Notes: a model not told the origin generated them from the letters alone. DNA of 64,000 nt from Eledone cirrhosa (GCA_964016885.1 OZ024741.1:245086001-245150000); one strand, 5' to 3'; positions 1-11,900 are shown, counted from the stretch's first letter. Program-made: numbers and translations.

Positions 1-1742
1 TTTTTTACGGACCCTTTAATTTTTTATAATGGGTTTTCAATGCCGTTTTAATGGTGTTTTTTAATGGTATCCTTAATGACGCTTCGATAAGTTTCAATGT
101 TATTTTAATGGGGTTTTGATTGATTTTTTAATGGAGTTTTTTTAATGAACTTTTATTGGGGTTTTCAATCAGGTTTTTAACTGAATTTTTAATGTTTTTC
201 AATTAGATTTTTTATGGAGTTTTTATGGGCTTTTTAATGAGTTTTTAATGGTGTGCTAATTGAGTTTTCAATTACCTTTTTAATTGAGTATAAAATCGAG
301 TTTTTACTAAGTTTTTAATGAATTTTTAATGGAATTTTAATGGGGTTTCCAATGGACTTTTAATTGTGTTTTAATGGGGTTTTAAAATTTGTTTTTAGTT
401 GCATTTTTCAGGGGCTTTTAATGGGGCTTAATGGGGGTTTAATGGGGGATTTAATTGAGTTTTTAATGGAGTTTAATAGAGTTTATAATGGAGGTTTTAA
501 TGGAGTTTTTAATGAAGTTTTAATGTAGTTTTTAATGAGGTTTTTAATGACGATTTTAATGGCGTTCTTAATGGCGTTTTAATGGTATTTTATGGCATTT
601 TAATGACGGCTGTAATGGTTTTTAATGGAGTGTTAATTGGTTATTAATTGTATTTTAATGGGTTTTATGAGCTTTTTAATGGACTTTTTAGTGGTGTTTT
701 TAATGGAGTTTTTAATGGGTCTTTTAATGGAATTTGCAATGTAGTTTTTAATGGTGTTTTCAATTGTATTTTTAATGACGTTTTAATGGTGTTTTTTATG
801 GCGTTTTAATAGGATTTTTAATTGTTTTTTTAAGGACTATTATTATGGGTTTTTTATGTAATTTTATAATGGGATTTTCAGTAGGGTTTTTAATTGGATT
901 TTTAATGGAGTTTATAATATGGTTTTTAATTGGATTTTTAAAGAATTTATAATTGCGGTTTTAATATAGTGTTTAATGGAGTATTTAATTGGTTTTTAAT
1001 GGTAATTTTAATGGAGTGTTTAATGTGTTTTTAATGGGGGAGGAGGGGGGTAAAATGCAGTTTTTAATTGAGTTATCAATGGAGTTTTTAATGACATTTT
1101 TAATGACGTTTTAATAGCGTTTTATGACGTTTTAATGACGTTTTAATGGGGGTTTTTTGGGGTTTTGGGAGTTTTTATGAGCTTCTAATTAGGTTTTAAA
1201 TGGGGTTTTCAATGAGGTTTTTAGTGGAATTTTTAATGGGCCTTTAATGTATTTTTAATGGGATTTTAATGTTTTTTATGGCGTTTTTAATGGTATTTTA
1301 AATGCTGTTTTAATGTTTCTTTTATGGCCTTTTAATTGGGTTTTTGATTGAGTTTTTAATGAATTTTTTTAACGAGAATTATGAAGTTTAATGGGTTTCC
1401 AGTGTGTTTTAAATGAAGTTTTTGATAATATTGTTAATGGAATTTTAATGGCGGTTATGGGATTTTAATGGGTTCTGGTGGTATTTTTGTGGGTTTTAAT
1501 GGGGTGTTAAATGGTTTTAATGTTGTTTTACTTGCGCTTTCGATTACGTTTACAATTAAGCTTTTACTGTTTTTAATTGGATTTTTAATGGATTTTAATG
1601 TGGTTTTTAATGGAATTTTAATGGTGTTTTAATATAGTTTTTAATGGGTTTCGGATGTAGCTTTTAATGGTGGTTTAGTGTGCTTTTTATTGGGTTTTTA
1701 ATGAGTTTTTATGAGCTTTTCAATGGAGTTTTTAATGGTGTT
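1..1742 (+). repeat. Degenerate 10-12 bp TTTTAATGG(N) minisatellite arm, G/T-rich orientation (continues from the preceding unit)
   Basis: Continuous T4-6-AAT-G/GG-N monomers; C strongly depleted on the + strand. Confidence 0.93.
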
Positions 1743-1877
1743 TATATATATATATATATACATACATATATATGTATATATATATATTTACACATATATA
1801 TGTGTATATATATATGTGTATATATATATTTACACATATATATGTGTATATATATATTTACACATATATATGTGTAT

Positions 1878-1923
<46 letters not shown>

Positions 1924-1951
1924 TTAAATATATATATATATATATATATAT

Positions 1952-1990
<39 letters not shown>

Positions 1991-2016
1991 TATATATATA
2001 TATATATATATATTAA

Positions 2017-2048
<32 letters not shown>

Positions 2049-2092
2049 TATATATATATATATATATATTAAATATATATATATATATATAT

Positions 2093-2136
<44 letters not shown>
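1743..2136. repeat. (TA)n microsatellite punctuated by TTAAA, with three TACACATATATATGTGTA mini-palindromes near its start (present in every unit, variable length)
   Basis: Read directly; equivalents at ~7852-8228, 13978-14402, 20119-20546, 26239-26668, 32354-32665, 38398-38813, 44441-44820, 50516-50932, 57068-57500, 59769-60192. Confidence 0.97.
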
Positions 2137-2139
<3 letters not shown>

Positions 2140-2338
2140 CACTTTCATGTTACACACTATATATAAACTGGGATTTATATTTTGCGTTAGTGCCATATTA
2201 AGCTGACAACGATATATTCGTATCTTAAAAAATATTTTTTTTAGATCACATTGTTCTAGATATTATTAAAATTATTAAATCTATTTTCAATTTGCACGAA
2301 CACTTGCATATACTACATACATACATTTATATAGACAC

Positions 2339-2726
2339 TAACATAAATATTAGCATATACATAATTTCTTAGTCATTGAGGATGTGTTTTTATACATACA
2401 TATGCATATTGCATACATACATACATACACACATACAAGCATATACATAGACATACACACACACATATATACACACACTGTATATATATATACATACACA
2501 CACACACACATATATATATACACACACACACTATATATATAGTGTGTTGTGTATATATATATATGTGTGTGTGTGTATGTATATATATACAGTGTGTGTA
2601 TATATATGTGTGTGTATGTGTATGTATATGCTTGTATGTGTGTATGTATGGATGCAATATGCATATGTATGTATAAAAAACACATCCTCAATTATTAAGA
2701 AAATATGTATATGCTAATATTTGTGT

Positions 2727-2728
<2 letters not shown>
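2339..2728. repeat. ~390 bp near-perfect inverted repeat (foldback palindrome), unit 1
   Basis: Left arm TAACATAAATATTAGCATATACATAATTTCTTAGTCATTGAGGATGTG pairs with right arm CACATCCTCAATTATTAAGAAAATATGTATATGCTAATATTTGTGTTA; centre CACACTATATATATAGTGTG at ~2535, with no real spacer. Confidence 0.96.
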
Positions 2729-2758
<30 letters not shown>

Positions 2759-2821
2759 CGCACACACTATATATATATATATATATACATACACACTATA
2801 TTTATATATATACACACACAC

Positions 2822-2866
<45 letters not shown>

Positions 2867-2868
2867 TA

Positions 2869-3515
2869 AATCCCATTAAAAACCACATTAAAAATTCAAT
2901 TAAAAATCTATTTTGAAAAACCCATTAAAAACCCCATTATAAGCTCATAAAACACTCCATTAAAACCCCAACCAAACCCCCCATTAAAACACAATTAAAA
3001 CATCATTAAGAATGCCAATAAAAGCGCCATTAATAACCACATTGGAAACCCATAAAAACCCAATTAAAACAAAATTAAAGTTTCCATTAAAAGTCCCCAT
3101 TAAAACTCCATTAAAACACCCATTAAACCCCCCCTCGAAAAGACATTAAAACCTCAAATTTAAACCGAAATAAAAACTCAATTAAAACGCAATTAAAAAC
3201 CCAATTAAAACACCATTAAAAACACAATTAAAAGCCCATTAAACCAATTAAAATTGCATTAACACACCACTAAGGTTCCATTGGAAAACCATTAAAAATG
3301 TCATTAAAAACTACACTGAAAACCCATTAAACCCCCATTAAAAGCGCACCCAAAACTTTATAAAAAACCAAATAAAAACCCCATTAAAATACCATTAAAA
3401 CGGCATAAAACACCATTAAAACTACATTAAAACTCAATTAAAAATTCCATTTAAATCTCCATTATAAACTCAATTAAAACTCCATTAAAACTCAATTAAA
3501 AACTCCATTAAAAAC
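2869..3515 (-). repeat. TTTTAATGG minisatellite in reverse orientation (CCATTAAAA on +), first block
   Basis: CCATTAAAA/CAATTAAAA monomers are the reverse complement of the long-arm monomer; present in every unit except unit 10. Confidence 0.92.
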
Positions 3516-3625
3516 ACACACACATGAAGTTACATGCTGGCTTGCACACTTATAGCGATTGCTATTTCCTTTTAATTTCATTAAAACTAGGATGTTTTAG
3601 AAGGATAAAAACAAAACTGAATAAT

Positions 3626-3755
3626 GAAGAGACTAGGGAGGGGTAAAGAAAGGCAGATCAGGCTGTAGAGGACAGTAGGGGGAGAAGAGGGAAGAGACTT
3701 GGGAGGGGTAAAGAAAGGCAGATCTGGCTGTAGAGGACAGTAGGGGGAGAAGAGG
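3626..3755 (+). repeat. Purine-rich 65 bp direct duplication (2 copies)
   Basis: GAAGAGACT[A/T]GGGAGGGGTAAAGAAAGGCAGATC[A/T]GGCTGTAGAGGACAGTAGGGGGAGAAGAGG at 3626 and 3691, with 2 mismatches; also at ~9736, 15915, 22042, 28164, 34152, 40323, 46348, 52829, 61706. Confidence 0.95.
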
Positions 3756-3759
3756 GAGA

Positions 3760-3808
3760 AATAAACTAAATTATAAACTAAGTTATAAACTAAATTATAA
3801 ACTAAATT
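3760..3808 (+). repeat. 12 bp tandem repeat (TTATAAACTAA[A/G]), about 4 copies
   Basis: ATAAACTAAATTATAAACTAAGTTATAAACTAAATTATAAACTAAATT read directly; conserved in all full units. Confidence 0.9.
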
Positions 3809-3816
3809 AAAAACTC

Positions 3817-4118
3817 AATAAAATAAAATAAAATAAAATAAAATAAAATAAAATAAAATAAAATAAAATAAAATAAAATAAAATAAAATAAAATAAAAAA
3901 TAAAATAAAATAAAATAAAATAAAATAAAATAAAATAAAATAAAATAAAATAAAAAAAAATAAAATAAAATAAAATAAAAAAAACTAAAAAATATAAATA
4001 AAATAAAATAAAATAAATAAAATAAAATAAAATAAAATAAAATAAATAAAAATAAAATAAAATAAAAAAAAATAAAAAAAAATTAAATATAAAAAATAAA
4101 TAAAATAAAATAAAATAA
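3817..4118 (+). repeat. (AAAAT)n pentanucleotide microsatellite, pure at the 5' end and degenerate at the 3' end; length varies per unit
   Basis: Read directly; equivalents start at ~9927, 16106, 22233, 28355, 34343, 40514, 46539, 53020, 61897. Source of the spurious (FILFY)n ORFs. Confidence 0.97.
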
Positions 4119-4119
4119 G

Positions 4120-4579
4120 AACTCAATTAAAAACTCAGTAAAAACTCAATTAAAAACTCAATTAAAAACTCAATCGAAGCACCATTAAAACACCATTAAA
4201 AACTCCACTATAAACCCACTAAACCCATTAAAAACCAATTAAAAATTCAATTACACATCCCATTAGAAATTTCATTAAAAACTCAATTAAAAGTTCCATT
4301 GAAAACACATTCAAAACCCATTAACCCCATATTAAAAGTTCATAAAACTCTATTAAAAACCCAATAACAAACCAATTAAAACGCCATTAAAACGCCACAA
4401 AACACAATAAAATGTCATAAAAACGCCATTAAAACATCACAAAAAGCCCAATTAAAAACCATTAATAATGCCATTAAAAATTCCATAAAAATCCATTAAA
4501 AACTCCACTAAAAGCCCATTAAAAAGTTCATTAAAAGCCATATTATAAATTTCATAAAAAACAATTGAAAACCCCATTA
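4120..4579 (-). repeat. TTTTAATGG minisatellite in reverse orientation (CCATTAAAA on +), second block
   Basis: CCATTAAAA monomers continue to ACCCCATTAT at ~4571-4580, where polarity flips abruptly. Confidence 0.92.
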
Positions 4580-7500
4580 TTTATGAGCCTTTTTTATGAG
4601 TTTTTAATAGTGTTTTAATTCAGTTTTTAATTGCGTTTAAAATTGGGTTTTAATGGCTTTTTAATGGTGTTTTAATGGAATTTTAATGTGATTTTCGATG
4701 GTGTTTAATGGGTTTTTTATGGAGTTTTTAATTGGGTTTTCAATGGTGTTGTTTATGAGTTTTTAAATGGGTTTTTAATGGAATTTTTGATTGCGTTTTT
4801 AATGAAATTTTTAATAGATTCAAGGATGTTTTAATGGAGTTTTTAATGGTCTTTTTAATGGCGTTTTAATTGTGTTTTTATGGTGTTTAAATGCGTTTTA
4901 ATGATTTTTAATTGGGTTTTTAATGGAGTATTTTTAATGAGCTCTTAATGGATTTTTCAATTGGATACTTAATGGGTTTTAATGGAATTTATAATAAGGG
5001 TTCTAATTGACTTTAAATATGATTTTTAATGGAGTTTTTAATGAAATTTCTAATGGTGTTTTTAATTGCGTTTCCCCCCGTGAGGGTTTTAATGGCATTT
5101 TAAATTACATTTTAATGAGTTTTTATGATGTTTTAATGGCGTTGTAATTGTTTTTATTGGGTTTTTAATATAATTTTGTATGAGCTTTTAATGGGGGTTT
5201 TCAATGTTGTTTTTAATGGAGTGTTTAATGGAATTTTAATGGGGGTTTGATAAAAAAAATTAATTGCTTTTTAATTTAATTTTTAATGCGTTTTTGATGG
5301 TGTTTAAGTGCGTTCATGATGATCTTTTTAATGGATTTTTAATGGGGTTTTAATTGACTTTTTAATGGTGTTTTCAATGTAATTTTTAATGATAGTTTAA
5401 TGGTGTTTTAATGACGTTTTAATTGTGTTTTTTATGGTGTTTTAGTGACGTTTAAATAGGATTTTTAATTGGTTTTTTAATTGAGTATTTATATGAGTTT
5501 TCACTGGTGTTTTTAATGGGTTTTTCAATATTGCATTTAATGAAATTTTTAATATGGTTTCAAATGGAATTTTTAATGTGTTTTTAATTGGGTTTCTAGT
5601 GACGTTTTTAATGGTACTTTAAATGACGTTTTAATGACTTTTATGGCGTTTTAATGGGTTTTTTAATTGGGTTTTTAATGTAGTTTTTTAAAAGATCTTT
5701 ACTTGGGATTTTATGGGTTTTCAATGCGGTTTTTAATGGTATATTAATGGAGTTTTTGGTGTGGTTGTTAATGGTATTAGTGACATTTTAATGTGTTTTT
5801 AATGGTGTTTTAAGCGAGTTTCTGATTTAGTTTAAATTTAAATATTTGATGGTCCTTCTAATGGGCTTTAATGGATGTGTAATGTGTTTAATGCAATTTT
5901 AATGGGGTTTAATGGGGGTAGTAGGTTTCAATGTGTTTTAATGGAGTTTTAATGGCTAGTGCTCTTTTTTTTTAGAGTTTTTAATGGTGTTTTTAATGGT
6001 TTTTCATTGAGCTTTTAATTGCGTTTTTAATTGCGTTTTTAATCTAGTTTAAAAATTGAGTTTTAATGGGTTTTTCAATTAGGTTTTTAATGGATTTATA
6101 ATGGTGTTTTTTACGGACCCTTTAATTTTTTATAATGGGTTTTCAATGCCGTTTTAATGGTGTTTTTTAATGGTATCCTTAATGACGCTTCGATAAGTTT
6201 CAATGTTATTTTAATGGGGTTTTGATTGATTTTTTAATGGAGTTTTTTTAATGAACTTTTATTGGGGTTTTCAATCAGGTTTTTAACTGAATTTTTAATG
6301 TTTTTCAATTAGATTTTTTATGGAGTTTTTATGGGCTTTTTAATGAGTTTTTAATGGTGTGCTAATTGAGTTTTCAATTACCTTTTTAATTGAGTATAAA
6401 ATCGAGTTTTTACTAAGTTTTTAATGAATTTTTAATGGAATTTTAATGGGGTTTCCAATGGACTTTTAATTGTGTTTTAATGGGGTTTTAAAATTGGTTT
6501 TTAGTTGCATTTTTCAGGGGCTTTTAATGGGGCTTAATGGGGGTTTAATGGGGGATTTAATTGAGTTTTTAATGGAGTTTAACAGAGTTTATAATGGAGG
6601 TTTTAATGGAGTTTTTAATGAAGTTTTAATGTAGTTTTTAATGAGGTTTTTAATGACGATTTTAATGGCGTTCTTAATGGCGTTTTAATGGTATTTTATG
6701 GCATTTTAATGACGGTTGTAATGGTTTTTAATGGAGTGTTAATTGGTTATTAATTGTATTTTAATGGGTTTTATGAGCTTTTTAATGGGCTTTTTAGTGA
6801 TGTTTTTTAATGGAGTTTTTAATGGGTCTTTTAATGGAATTTGCAATGTAGTTTTTAATGGTGTTTTCAATTGTATTTTTAATGACGTTTTAATGGTGTT
6901 TTTTATGGCGTTTTAATAGGATTTTTAATTGGTTTTTTAAAGGACTATTATTATGGGTTTTTTATGTAATTTTATAATGGGATTTTCAGTAGGGTTTTTA
7001 ATTGGATTTTTAATGGAGTTTATAATATGGTTTTTAATTGGATTTTTAAAGAATTTATAATTGCGGTTTTAATATAGTGTTTAATGGAGTATTTAATTGG
7101 TTTTTAATGGTAATTTTAATGGAGTGTTTAATGTGTTTTTAATGGGGGAGGAGGGGGGTAAAATGCAGTTTTTAATTGAGTTATCAATGGAGTTTTTAAT
7201 GACATTTTTAATGACGTTTTAATAGCGTTTTATGACGTTTTAATGACGTTTTAATGGTTTTTTTATTGGGTTTTGGGAGTTTTTATGAGCTTCTAATTAG
7301 GTTTTAAATGGGGTTTTCAATGAGGTTTTTAGTGGAATTTTTAATGGGCCTTTAATGTATTTTTAATGGGATTTTAATGTTTTTTATGGCGTTTTTAATG
7401 GTATTTTAAATGCTGTTTTAATGTTTCTTTTATGGCCTTTTAATTGGGTTTTTGATTGAGTTTTTAATGGATTTTTTTTAACGAGAATTATGAAGTTTAA

Positions 7501-7851
7501 TGGGTTTCCAGTGTGTTTTAAATGAAGTTTTTGATAATATTTTTAATGGAATTTTAATGGCGGTTATGGGATTTTAATGGGTTCTGGTGGTATTTTTGTG
7601 GGTTTTAATGGGGTGTTAAATGGTTTTAGTGTTGTTTTACTTGCGCTTTCGATTACGTTTACAATTAAGTTTTTACTGTTTTTAATTGGATTTTTAATGG
7701 ATTTTAATGTGGTTTTTAATGGAATTTTAATGGTGTTTTAATATAGTTTTTAATGAGTTTCGGATGTAGCTTTTAATGGTGGTTTAGTGTGCTTTTTATT
7801 GGGTTTTTAATGAGTTTTTATGAGCTTTTCAATGGAGTTTTTAATGGTGTT
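4580..7851 (+). repeat. Complete ~3.27 kb G/T-rich TTTTAATGG minisatellite arm (spans the arbitrary unit 1/2 boundary)
   Basis: Uninterrupted degenerate monomers from TTATGAGCC (4581) to the next (TA)n tract. Confidence 0.93.
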
Positions 7852-8167
7852 TATATATATATATATATACATACATATATATGTATATATATATATTTAC
7901 ACATATATATGTGTATATATATATGTGTATATATATATTTACACATATATATGTGTATATATATATTTACACATATATATGTGTATTAAATATATATATA
8001 TATATATACATATATTAAATATATATATATATATATATATTAAATATATATATATATATATATATATTAAATATATATATATATATATTAAATATATATA
8101 TATATATATATATATTAAATATATATATATATATATATATATATTAAATATATATATATATATATAT

Positions 8168-8230
<63 letters not shown>

Positions 8231-8823
8231 CACTTTCATGTTACACACTATATATAAACTGGGATTTATATTTTGCGTTAGTGCCATATTAAGCTGACAA
8301 CGATATATTCGTATCTTAAAAAATATTTTTTTTAGATCACATTGTTCTAGATATTATTAAAATTATTAAATCTATTTTCAATTTGCACGAACACTTGCAT
8401 ATACTACATACATACATTTATATAGACACTAACACAAATATTAGCATATACATAATTTCTTAGTCATTGAGGATGTGTTTTTATACATACATATGCATAT
8501 TGCATACATACATACATACACACATACAAGCATATACATAGACATACACACACACATATATACACACACTGTATATATATATATACATACACACACACAC
8601 ACATATATATATACACACACACACTATATATATATATAGTGTGTGGTGTATATATATATATGTGTGTGTGTGTATGTATATATATACAGTGTGTGTATAT
8701 ATATGTGTGTGTATGTGTATGTATATGCTTGTATGTGTGTATGTATGGATGCAATATGCATATGTATGTATAAAAAACACATCCTCAATTACTAAGAAAA
8801 TATGTATATGCTAATATTTGTGT

Positions 8824-8855
<32 letters not shown>

Positions 8856-8918
8856 CGCACACACTATATATATATATATATATACATACACACTATATAT
8901 ATATATATACACACACAC

Positions 8919-8979
<61 letters not shown>

Positions 8980-11900
8980 AATCCCATTAAAAACCACATT
9001 AAAAATTCAATTAAAAATCTATTTTGAAAAACCCATTAAAACCCCATTATAAGCTCATAAAACACTCCATTAAAACCCCAACCAAACCCCCCATTAAAAC
9101 ACAATTAAAACATCATTAAGAATGCCAATAAAAGCGCCATTAAAAACCACATTGGAAACCCATAAAAACCCAATTAAAACAAAATTAAAGTTTCCATTAA
9201 AAGTCCCCATTAAAACTCCATTAAAACCCCATTAAACCCCCCCCTCGAAAAGACATTAAAACCTCAAATTTAAACCGAAATAAAAACTCAATTAAAACGC
9301 AATTAAAAACTCAATTAAAACACCATTAAAAACACAATTAAAAGCCCATTAAACCAATTAAAATTGCATTAACACACCACTAAGGTTCCATTGGAAAACC
9401 ATTAAAAATGTCATTAAAAACTACACTGAAAACCCATTAAACCCCCATTAAAAGCGCACCCAAAACTTTATAAAAAACCAAATAAAAACCCCATTAAAAT
9501 ACCATTAAAACGGCATAAAACACCATTAAAACTACATTAAAACTCAATTAAAAATTCCATTTAAATCTCCATTATAAACTCAATTAAAACTCCATTAAAA
9601 CTCAATTAAAAACTCCATTAAAAACACACACACATGAAGTTACATGCTGGCTTGCACACTTATAGCGATTGCTATTTCCTTTTAATTTCATTAAAACTAG
9701 GATGTTTTAGAAAGATAAAAACAAAACTGAATAATGAAGAGACTAGGGAGGGGTAAAGAAAGGCAGATCAGGCTGTAGAGGACAGTAGGGGGAGAAGAGG
9801 GAAGAGACTTGGGAGGGGTAAAGAAAGGCAGATCTGGCTGTAGAGGACAGTAGGAGGAGAAGAGGGAGAAATAAACTAAATTATAAACTAAGTTATAAAC
9901 TAAATTATAAACTAAATTAAAAACTCAATAAAATAAAATAAAATAAAATAAAATAAAATAAAATAAAATAAAATAAAATAAAATAAAATAAAATAAAATA
10001 AAATAAAATAAAAAATAAAATAAAATAAAATAAAATAAAATAAAATAAAATAAAATAAAATAAAAAAAATAAAATAAAATAAAATAAAAAAAACTAAAAA
10101 ATATAAATAAAATAAAATAAAATAAATAAAATAAAATAAAATAAAATAAAATAAAATAAAATAAAATAAAATAAATAAAAATAAAATAAAATAAAAAAAA
10201 ATAAAAAAAAATTAAATATAAAAAATAAATAAAATAAAATAAAATAAGAACTCAATTAAAAACTCAGTAAAAACTCAATTAAAAACTCAATTAAAAACTC
10301 AATCGTAGCACCATTAAAACACCATTAAAAACTCCACTATAAACCCACTAAACCCATTAAAAACCAATTAAAAATTCAATTACACATCCTATTAGAAATT
10401 TCATTAAAAACTCAATTAAAAGTTCCATTGAAAACACATTCAAAAGCCATTAACCCCATATTAAAAGTTCATAAAACTCTATTAAAAACCCAATAACAAA
10501 CCAATTAAAACGCCATTAAAACGCCACAAAACACAATAAAATGTCATAAAAACGCCATTAAAACATCACAAAAAGCCCAATTAAAAACCATTAATAATGC
10601 CATTAAAAATTCCATAAAAATCCATTAAAAACTCCACTAAAAGCCCATTAAAAAGTTCATTAAAAGCCATATTATAAATTTCATAAAAAACAATTGAAAA
10701 CCCCATTATTTATGAGCCTTTTTTATGAGTTTTTAATAGTGTTTTAATTCAGTTTTTAATTGCGTTTAAAATTGGGTTTTAATGGCTTTTTAATGGTGTT
10801 TTAATGGAATTTTAATGTGATTTTCGATGGTGTTTAATGGGTTTTTTATGGAGTTTTTAATTGGGTTTTCAATGGTGTTGTTTATGAGTTTTTAAATGGG
10901 TTTTTAATGGAATTTTTGATTGCGTTTTTAATGAAATCTTTAATAGATTCAAGGATGTTTTAATGGAGTTTTTAATGGTCTTTTTAATGGCGTTTTAATT
11001 GTGTTTTTATGGTGTTTAAATGCGTTTTAATGATTTTTAATTGGGTTTTTAATGGAGTATTTTTAATGAGCTCTTAATGGATTTTTCAATTGGATACTTA
11101 ATGGGTTTTAATGGAATTTATAATAAGGGTGCTAATTGACTTTAAATATGATTTTTAATGGAGTTTTTAATGAAATTTCTAATGGTGTTTTTAATTGCGT
11201 TTCCCCCCGTGAGGGTTTTAATGGCATTTTAAATGACATTTTAATGAGTTTTTATGATGTTTTAATGGCGTTGTAATTGTTTTTATTGGGTTTTTAATAT
11301 AATTTTGTATGAGCTTTTAATGGGGGTTTTCAATGTTGTTTTTAATGGAGTGTTTAATGGAATTTTAATGGGGGTTTGATAAAAAAAATTAATTGCTTTT
11401 TAATTTAATTTTTAATGCGTTTTTGATGGTGTTTAAGTGCGTTCATGATGATCTTTTTAATGGATTTTTAATGGGGTTTTAATTGACTTTTTAATGGTGT
11501 TTTCAATGTAATTTTTAATGATAGTTTAATGGTGTTTTAATGACGTTTTAATTGTGTTTTTTATGGTGTTTTAGTGACGTTTAAATAGGATTTTTAATTG
11601 GTTTTTTAATTGAGTATTTATATGAGTTTTCACTGCTGTTTTTAATGGGTTTTTCAATATTGCATTTAATGAAATTTTTAATATGGTTTCAAATGGAATT
11701 TTTAATGTGTTTTTAATTGGGTTTCTAGTGACGTTTTTAATGGTACTTTAAATGACGTTTTAATGACTTTTATGGCGTTTTAATGGGTTTTTTAATTGGG
11801 TTTTTAATGTAGTTTTTTAAAAGATCTTTACTTGGGATTTTATGGGTTTTCAATGCGGTTTTTAATGGTATATTAATGGAGTTTTTGGTGTGGTTGTTAA

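Larger units (their letters stand above)
1..6106 (+). repeat. Macrosatellite unit 1 (6106 bp, used as reference)
   Basis: Anchor TTTTTTACGGACCC at 1 and again at 6107. Confidence 0.95.

Noticed and set aside
2228-2270. T-run plus AG resembling a splice acceptor
   Set aside because: No supportable exon or donor downstream; such motifs are expected by chance in AT-rich DNA.
1680-2691. Tyr/Ile/His/Cys-rich ORFs (and copies in every unit)
   Set aside because: Translations of (TA)n and (CA/TG)n tracts; frames and lengths change between units with microsatellite slippage.
3815-4126. (FILFY)n ORF resembling a membrane protein (also 16104, 40504)
   Set aside because: Reverse translation of (AAAAT)n; frameshifted in other units.
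4580-7851. Telomeric repeat tract
   Set aside because: G/T-rich skew is similar, but the monomers are heterogeneous TTTTAATGG variants copied faithfully between units, with no TTAGGG/TTAGG/TTTAGGG runs.
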